Source: a virus
Lineage: Duplodnaviria > Heunggongvirae > Uroviricota > Caudoviricetes
Direction: 5' to 3' (one strand)
Virus record (IMG/VR): IMGVR_UViG_2703718831_000001
DNA: 23,294 nt
Program-made: the position numbers and the translations under genes
Shown here: piece by piece, positions 17,972-23,294 of the stretch
Numbering within the stretch: the stretch's first letter is position 1
Layout: each line of letters opens with the position of its first letter
The notes under the pieces: generated by a model
The model's input: only the letters and a program-made list of their open reading frames with translations
Database searches by the model: none
What the model was told of the DNA's origin: nothing

Positions 17972-18349
17972 ATGAAAAAGAAATTAATCAGCGGACTGTT
18001 TCTGATGTTATGGATGGCGTTGTTAATCGCAGCAATGGTGTATCCGCAGGGGATTTTTCCGGTACTGGCAGCGTCCGGCGTTTGGGTAGCCTGTTTGCTG
18101 ACATGGGCGGTAATTCCGGTAGCACTGGCTGCGTTAATTAAGAATAGCCCGCTCTGGCAGGAGTTAAGGGCATCTTTGCTGAAGACAATTACCCGAAAAG
18201 AAAACGTATTTATCAGTTGGGTGATGCGATTGCTGATTGTCGTAAGTCTCGCCTGGACGGGGTGGGCTATTACCCTGGTCTTTTATCTGCTGACCGTTAT
18301 TGCCTTCTGGATCACCCGTAATCAGATGGCGCAACAGGTAGCAGCATGA
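17972..18349 (+). CDS. lysA: LysA-like multi-pass membrane protein (lysis timing)
   Basis: 125 aa from the ATG at 17972; four hydrophobic segments; positioned as P2 lysA. Confidence 0.5.
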   Translation: MKKKLISGLFLMLWMALLIAAMVYPQGIFPVLAASGVWVACLLTWAVIPVALAALIKNSPLWQELRASLLKTITRKENVFISWVMRLLIVVSLAWTGWAITLVFYLLTVIAFWITRNQMAQQVAA

Positions 18350-18774
18350 ACCGGTTGCTGCTGGTTGTGCTGGCGTTATTACTGGCGGCGCTGGGCTGGC
18401 AGACGTGGCGGCTGGCTGATGCCAGCCAGACCATCAGCACGCAGTCAGACGAGCTGCAGAGCAAAAGCCAGGCACTGGCAAAGAGCAACAGCCAGCTTAT
18501 TAGCCTGTCCATTCTGACTGAAACCAATAACCGGGAGCAGGCGCGGCTCTATGCCGAAGCAGAACAGACCAGCGCGCTGCTGAGACAACGACAACACCGG
18601 ATCGAGGAGCTGAAACGTGAGAACGAGGATTTACGCCGCTGGGCTGATACTCCTTTGCCTGCTGACATTATCCGGCTGCGGGAACGTCCGACACTCACCG
18701 GAGGTGCAGCTTACCGTCAGTGGTTGTCCGCGAGTGACGCCGTGTCGGCTGGAGCAGGCAACGCCGCGCACTAA
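18346..18774 (+). CDS. lysB: LysB-like i-spanin (Rz-like)
   Basis: 142 aa with an N-terminal TMD and a Q/E/R-rich coiled-coil periplasmic region. ATGA overlap with lysA. Confidence 0.6.
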   Translation: MNRLLLVVLALLLAALGWQTWRLADASQTISTQSDELQSKSQALAKSNSQLISLSILTETNNREQARLYAEAEQTSALLRQRQHRIEELKRENEDLRRWADTPLPADIIRLRERPTLTGGAAYRQWLSASDAVSAGAGNAAH

Positions 18775-18907
18775 CGGTGATCTGGACGCGTTGCTGGATG
18801 AAACGGAGGCCGCCTGGGCGGTCTGTGCAGACAAAGTGGACATGATTATTGCGTGTCAGGAGCGAAACAGTGAACAAACCACAATCCCTGCGCCACGCCC
18901 TCAATAA
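18617..18907 (+). CDS. lysC: LysC-like o-spanin lipoprotein (Rz1-like), overlapping lysB in another frame
   Basis: Signal peptide with lipobox (LTLSGC), cysteine- and proline-containing mature region; starts inside lysB in the +1 frame and extends beyond it. Confidence 0.55.
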   Translation: MRTRIYAAGLILLCLLTLSGCGNVRHSPEVQLTVSGCPRVTPCRLEQATPRTNGDLDALLDETEAAWAVCADKVDMIIACQERNSEQTTIPAPRPQ

Positions 18908-19301
18908 AGCGGTGCCTTATGTCCGCAATAACCCGGACAAACTGCATCTGTTTGTGGATAACGGTTCGCTGGTTGCCACGGGGGCCAGCTCCATGTCGTG
19001 GGAGTACCGTTACACCCTGAACGCGGTGATTGAGGATTTCAGCGGCGACCAGAATCTGCTGATGGCCCCGGTTTTGCTGTGGCTGAGGGATAACCAGCCC
19101 GATGCCATCAATAACCCGGCGTTACGGGAAAAACTATTCACCTTTGAGGTGGATATTCTGCGCAACGATGTCTGTGATATCAGCCTGAACCTGCAACTGA
19201 CGGAACGTGTGCTGGTCAGCACTGACGGCAGTGTGTCGAGCGTTGAAGCTGTAGCGGAACCCGATGAACCTGAAGAAAAGTGGACGGTGAAACGTGGCTG
19301 A
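18870..19301 (+). CDS. R: Tail completion protein R, P2 gpR family
   Basis: 143 aa from the GTG at 18870, with AGGAG 7 nt upstream. A TTG at 18849 is the alternative start. Position matches P2 R. Confidence 0.7.
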   Translation: MNKPQSLRHALNKAVPYVRNNPDKLHLFVDNGSLVATGASSMSWEYRYTLNAVIEDFSGDQNLLMAPVLLWLRDNQPDAINNPALREKLFTFEVDILRNDVCDISLNLQLTERVLVSTDGSVSSVEAVAEPDEPEEKWTVKRG

Positions 19302-19740
19302 ACTGCAGAAAGTGGACGACTGGCTGAGTGCCTTGCTGGCGAATCTGGAACCAGCCGCCAGAAGCCGCATGATGCGCCAGCTGGCGCAGGAACTGCGCCG
19401 GACACAGCAGCAGAATATCAGGATGCAGCGCAACCCTGACGGCAGCAGCTATGAGCCGCGACGGGTAACAGCACGCAGTAAAAAGGGGCGCATCAAACGT
19501 CAGATGTTTGCAAAGCTGCGCACCACAAAATACCTGAAAACTGCCGCCAGCGCCGACTCTGCCAGCGTACAGTTTGAAGGCAAGGTGCAGCGTATTGCCC
19601 GTGTTCACCATTACGGCCTGCGTGATCGCGTCAGTCGCAAAGGACCGGAGGTCCGTTACGCAGAGCGCCGCCTGCTGGGTGTAAATGATGATGTTGAGGC
19701 AATGACCCGCGACATGATTCTGCAATGGCTGGCGGGGTGA
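19294..19740 (+). CDS. S: Tail completion/virion morphogenesis protein S, P2 gpS family
   Basis: 148 aa (P2 gpS is about 150 aa). GTG start overlaps the R stop. Confidence 0.7.
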   Translation: MAELQKVDDWLSALLANLEPAARSRMMRQLAQELRRTQQQNIRMQRNPDGSSYEPRRVTARSKKGRIKRQMFAKLRTTKYLKTAASADSASVQFEGKVQRIARVHHYGLRDRVSRKGPEVRYAERRLLGVNDDVEAMTRDMILQWLAG

Positions 19741-19744
19741 TCTT

Positions 19745-19762
19745 TGTATCAGCACTGATACA
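19745..19762. promoter_or_regulatory. TGT-N12-ACA dyad: candidate late-activator site upstream of gene V
   Basis: TGTatcagcactgatACA, a perfect 8-bp palindrome, in the 68-bp S-V intergenic region. Confidence 0.45.
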
Positions 19763-19808
19763 AGTTGCAGCACTGCCGCCTTTCTTCCCCTGATGGCAAC
19801 CTTTCCCT

Positions 19809-20387
19809 ATGAACGCACAATTAACCGAAATCATGCGCCTTATCACCAACCTGATCCGCACAGGGGTAGTCACCGAAGTGGACAGGGAAAACTGGCTTTG
19901 CCGGGTGAAAACGGGCGAGCTTGAAACCAACTGGATCAGCTGGCTGACGATGCGTGCCGGGAATGCCCGCACATGGTGGCGACCATCGGAAGGTGAGCAG
20001 GTGGTGCTGCTGAGTCTGGGCGGCAATCTGGAAACCGCCTTTGCGTTACCCGCCATCTATTCGAATCAGTTCGCGCCACCGTCGACGTCGGCGGACGCCT
20101 GCGTGACAGAACATCCTGACGGTGGCTGGTTTGAATACGAACCCGCCACCGGGCGCTGGTATGTCAGGGGCATCAAATCAATGGTCATTGAGGCCGCTGA
20201 CAACATCACCATGAAAACCAGTGAGTTTGTACTGGAGGCTGACCGCACGCGCATTAACAGCGAAGTGGTGATCAATGGTGGCGTTACCCAGGGCGGCGGA
20301 GCGATGAGTTCTAACGGGATCGTGGTTGATGCGCATCAGCATACTGGCGTCCTGAAAGGCGGCGATACAACCGGAGGCCCGGTATGA
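19809..20387 (+). CDS. V: Baseplate spike protein V, P2 gpV family
   Basis: 192-aa ORF with a glycine-rich C-terminus, first gene of the V-W-J-I-H block. Confidence 0.85.
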   Translation: MNAQLTEIMRLITNLIRTGVVTEVDRENWLCRVKTGELETNWISWLTMRAGNARTWWRPSEGEQVVLLSLGGNLETAFALPAIYSNQFAPPSTSADACVTEHPDGGWFEYEPATGRWYVRGIKSMVIEAADNITMKTSEFVLEADRTRINSEVVINGGVTQGGGAMSSNGIVVDAHQHTGVLKGGDTTGGPV

Positions 20388-20743
20388 CGCTGTATATCGG
20401 CATGAGTCAGAGCAACGGAAAAGCTATTACAGACACGGACCATCTGCGCCAGTCGGTGCGGGACATTTTGCTGACGCCACAGGGTAGCCGCATTGCCCGT
20501 CGGGAATATGGTTCCCTGCTGTCGGCGCTGATAGACCAGCCACAAAATCCGGCATTGCGCCTGCAGGTCATGTCGGCAGTGTATGTGGCGCTGAGTCGCT
20601 GGGAGCCACGGCTGACGCTGGATTCCATCACCATCAACAGCAACTTTGACGGTTCTATGGTGGTGGAGCTGACCGGGCGGCGGAATAACGGTGTGCCTGT
20701 GTCCCTTTCCGTATCAACAGGAGCAGAGAATGGCAGTGATTGA
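20384..20743 (+). CDS. W: Baseplate wedge protein W (gp25-like), P2 gpW family
   Basis: 119 aa, ATGA overlap with V; size and position match gpW. Confidence 0.85.
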   Translation: MTLYIGMSQSNGKAITDTDHLRQSVRDILLTPQGSRIARREYGSLLSALIDQPQNPALRLQVMSAVYVALSRWEPRLTLDSITINSNFDGSMVVELTGRRNNGVPVSLSVSTGAENGSD

Positions 20744-21638
20744 CCTTTCGCAGTTGCCTGCGCCGCAGATTGTGGATGTGCCGGACTTTGAGACGCTGCT
20801 TGCCGAACGCAAGGCAGAATTTGTGGCGCTTCATCCGAAAGATGAGCAGGAAGCAGTGATCCGCACGCTGGAACTGGAATCTGAACCCGTCACCAAATTG
20901 CTGCAGGAGAACGCTTACCGTGAGTTGCTTCTGCGCCAGCGCATTAACGAAGCCGCGCAGGCGGTGATGGTGGCTTACGCGATGGGCGGCGATCTTGACC
21001 AGCTCGCTGCCAACTACAACGTGAAACGCCTGACGGTGACGCCTGCTGATAATGACGCTGTGCCACCCGTTGCGGCTGTGATGGAAAGCGATGAAGCGTT
21101 ACGCCTGCGTGTGCCCGCAGCCTTTGAAGGACTTTCTGTTGCGGGGCCAACTGCCGCTTATGAATTTCATGCCCGAAGCGCCGACGGTCGCGTGGCGGAT
21201 GCCAGTGCAACCAGTCCGGCACCTGCAGAGGTGGTGCTGACTGTCCTGAGCCGTGAAGGCGACGGAACAGCAGAAAAAGATTTGCTGGATGTGGTGGAGA
21301 AAGCCCTGAACAGTGAGAATGTCCGCCCGGTGGCTGACCGTCTGACGGTTCGCAGCGCAGAAATCATCCCGTACCGTGTGGAAGCCACCATTTTTCTTTA
21401 TCCGGGACCGGAAGCAGAGCCGGTAATGGCAGCGGCAAAAGTCAGCCTGCAGAGGTACATCGCCAGTCAGACGCGGCTCGGTCGGGATATTCGCCGTAGT
21501 GCTATTTTTGCCGCGCTGCATGTTGAGGGTGTTCAACGTGTGGAACTGGCTTCTCCGCTGGCGGATGTGGTTCTGAACAAAACGCAGGCGGCATCATGTA
21601 CGCAGTGGAGCGTGACCAACGGAGGAACGGATGAATAG
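20730..21638 (+). CDS. J: Baseplate protein J, P2 gpJ family
   Basis: 302 aa from the ATG at 20730 (P2 gpJ is 302 aa), with AGGAG RBS. The ORF-track start at 20691 is an upstream in-frame extension. Confidence 0.85.
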   Translation: MAVIDLSQLPAPQIVDVPDFETLLAERKAEFVALHPKDEQEAVIRTLELESEPVTKLLQENAYRELLLRQRINEAAQAVMVAYAMGGDLDQLAANYNVKRLTVTPADNDAVPPVAAVMESDEALRLRVPAAFEGLSVAGPTAAYEFHARSADGRVADASATSPAPAEVVLTVLSREGDGTAEKDLLDVVEKALNSENVRPVADRLTVRSAEIIPYRVEATIFLYPGPEAEPVMAAAKVSLQRYIASQTRLGRDIRRSAIFAALHVEGVQRVELASPLADVVLNKTQAASCTQWSVTNGGTDE

Positions 21639-22236
21639 TCTGCTGCCACCGGGTTCAACTTCACTGGAGCGCCGACTGGCGCAGACCTGTAGCGGGATTT
21701 CTGATCTGCAGGTGCCGCTGCGTGACTTGTGGAATCCAGCAACCTGTCCGGTCAGTTTCCTGCCTTATCTCGCCTGGGCGTTCTCTGTGGATCGCTGGGA
21801 CGAGGGCTGGACAGAAAGCGTCAAACGCCAGGTAGTGAAGGATGCTTTTTATATTCATCAGCACAAAGGAACCACCAGTGCCGTACGGCGGGTGGTGGAG
21901 CCGTTCGGCTTCCTGATCCGCATTATTGAGTGGTGGCAGACCGGAGAAACACCGGGCACGTTTCGTCTGGACATTGGTGTGCAGGACCAGGGCATCACTG
22001 AAGATACCTATCTGGAACTTGAGCGACTGATAAGCGATGCCAAACCATGTAGCCGTCACATGATCGGCATGTCCATCAATCTGCAGACCAGCGGCCCGCA
22101 TTGGGTGGGAGCCGCCAGTTATCTTGGCGAAGAAATCACGATCTATCCGTATATCAACGAAACAATTATTTCCGGCGGCACCGCGCATGAAGGCGGGGCG
22201 GTCCATGTTATTGACACAATGAGAGTGAATCCATGA
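21631..22236 (+). CDS. I: Baseplate/tail protein I, P2 gpI family
   Basis: 201 aa, overlapping J by 8 nt and coupled to H by ATGA. Confidence 0.8.
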   Translation: MNSLLPPGSTSLERRLAQTCSGISDLQVPLRDLWNPATCPVSFLPYLAWAFSVDRWDEGWTESVKRQVVKDAFYIHQHKGTTSAVRRVVEPFGFLIRIIEWWQTGETPGTFRLDIGVQDQGITEDTYLELERLISDAKPCSRHMIGMSINLQTSGPHWVGAASYLGEEITIYPYINETIISGGTAHEGGAVHVIDTMRVNP

Positions 22237-23294
22237 GCACAAAATTTTATACCCTGCTGACGGATATTGGCGCGGCGAAACTTGCCAGCGCCGCCGCGCT
22301 CGGCGTGCCGCTAAAAATTACCCATATGGCGGTGGGCGATGGCGGCGGAGCATTGCCGACGCCGGACGCAAAGCAGACGGCACTGGTAAATGAGAAACGC
22401 CGGGCTGCGCTGAATATGCTCTATATCGACCCGCAGAACAGCAGCCAGATTATTGCTGAACAGGTGATCCCTGAAAATGAGGGTGGTTGGTGGATCCGTG
22501 AAGTGGGCCTGTTTGATGAGTCAGGGGCATTAATTGCCGTGGGCAACTGCCCGGAAAGCTATAAGCCGCAACTGGCTGAAGGCAGCGGGCGCACCCAGAC
22601 CGTGCGCATGGTGCTGATTACCAGCAGCACGGACAATATCACCCTGAAAATCGACCCTGCCGTCGTGCTGGCAACCCGCAAGTATGTGGATGACAAGGTA
22701 CTGGAGCTGAAGGTGTTCGTGGATGATAAGATGGCAAAACATCTTGCCGCACCGGACCCGCATTCACAGTATGCACCCAAAGAAAGCCCGACATTGACCG
22801 GAACACCCAAAGCGCCAACGCCAGCGGAGGGGAATAACACCACGCAGATTGCGACCACCGCGTTTGTTCAGGCGGCACTGACGGCTCTTATTAATGGTGC
22901 GCCAGCCACGCTGGACACGCTGAAAGAAATAGCCGTAGCCATTAACAATGATCCGAAATTCAGTACCACCATTAACAATGCGCTGGCACTGAAAGCGCCA
23001 CTGTCGAGTCCGGCACTCACCGGAACGCCAACAGCACCTACTGCGGCACAGTCGGTCAACAATACACAGATTGCCACTACAGCTTTTGTGAAATCAGCGA
23101 TTGCAGCAATGGTGGGTTCTGCACCTGCGGCACTGGATACACTGAACGAACTGGCGGCGGCACTGGGGAATGATCCGAACTTTGCCACGACAATGCTTAA
23201 TGCGCTGGCAGGTAAACAACCGCTGGACAATACGCTTACCAATTTGAGTGGAAAGGATGTAGCTGGTCTTCTCGCATACCTTGGTTTGGGAGAA
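22233..23294 (+). CDS. H: Tail fibre protein H, N-terminal part (3' end cut by the window)
   Basis: Open frame from the ATG at 22233 to the window end (354 codons). Conserved P2-like N-terminus (MSTKFYTLLTDIGAAKLA...) followed by tandem fibre repeats. Confidence 0.85.
   Translation, partial: MSTKFYTLLTDIGAAKLASAAALGVPLKITHMAVGDGGGALPTPDAKQTALVNEKRRAALNMLYIDPQNSSQIIAEQVIPENEGGWWIREVGLFDESGALIAVGNCPESYKPQLAEGSGRTQTVRMVLITSSTDNITLKIDPAVVLATRKYVDDKVLELKVFVDDKMAKHLAAPDPHSQYAPKESPTLTGTPKAPTPAEGNNTTQIATTAFVQAALTALINGAPATLDTLKEIAVAINNDPKFSTTINNALALKAPLSSPALTGTPTAPTAAQSVNNTQIATTAFVKSAIAAMVGSAPAALDTLNELAAALGNDPNFATTMLNALAGKQPLDNTLTNLSGKDVAGLLAYLGLGE
22790..23250 (+). repeat. Two tandem ~78-codon repeats inside the tail fibre gene
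   Basis: Peptide units LTGTPKAPT...NNTTQIATTAFVQAAL...APATLDTLKEIAVAINNDPKFSTTINNALALKAPL and LTGTPTAPT...NNTQIATTAFVKSAI...APAALDTLNELAAALGNDPNFATTMLNALAGKQPL. Confidence 0.5.

Noticed and set aside
19216-19773. 185-aa minus-strand ORF overlapping genes R and S
   Set aside because: Antisense to coupled tail completion genes. Frame artefact.
21661-22242. 193-aa minus-strand ORF overlapping gene I
   Set aside because: Antisense to a baseplate gene that is translationally coupled to J and H.
1-23294. CRISPR arrays, tRNA/rRNA genes, IS elements or transposases
   Set aside because: No regularly spaced short direct repeats, no tRNA-like cloverleaf candidates, and no transposase-like ORFs or terminal inverted repeats seen. 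The only mobility gene is the prophage integrase.

Overview
The window is most of a P2/186-family temperate myovirus prophage of an enterobacterial host, read from the integrase end. Order on the + strand: int and a 186-type CI repressor (both on the minus strand), a pR-like switch region, the early operon (apl, cII, small ORFs, a TraR-like zinc finger, Dam methylase, an unassigned 276-aa protein, replication protein A), a LexA-box-controlled tum/dinI-like module, an AT-rich accessory region split by a GC-rich cos-like island, then the late genes Q, P (minus strand) and O, N, M, L, X, lysis cassette, R, S, V, W, J, I and the 5' part of tail fibre gene H (cut by the window end). The best candidate for an undescribed system is the AT-rich cargo between gene A and gene Q, the position equivalent to the P2 tin/old defence hotspot: one stand-alone 291-aa ORF and a tightly coupled three-gene operon, none of which I can assign to a known family. 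Secondary points are a possible TGT-like (DpdA-like) DNA-modification protein beside Dam, and a tum-like antirepressor that appears split by a frameshift. All family assignments come from reading the translations and motifs by eye; no searches were run.
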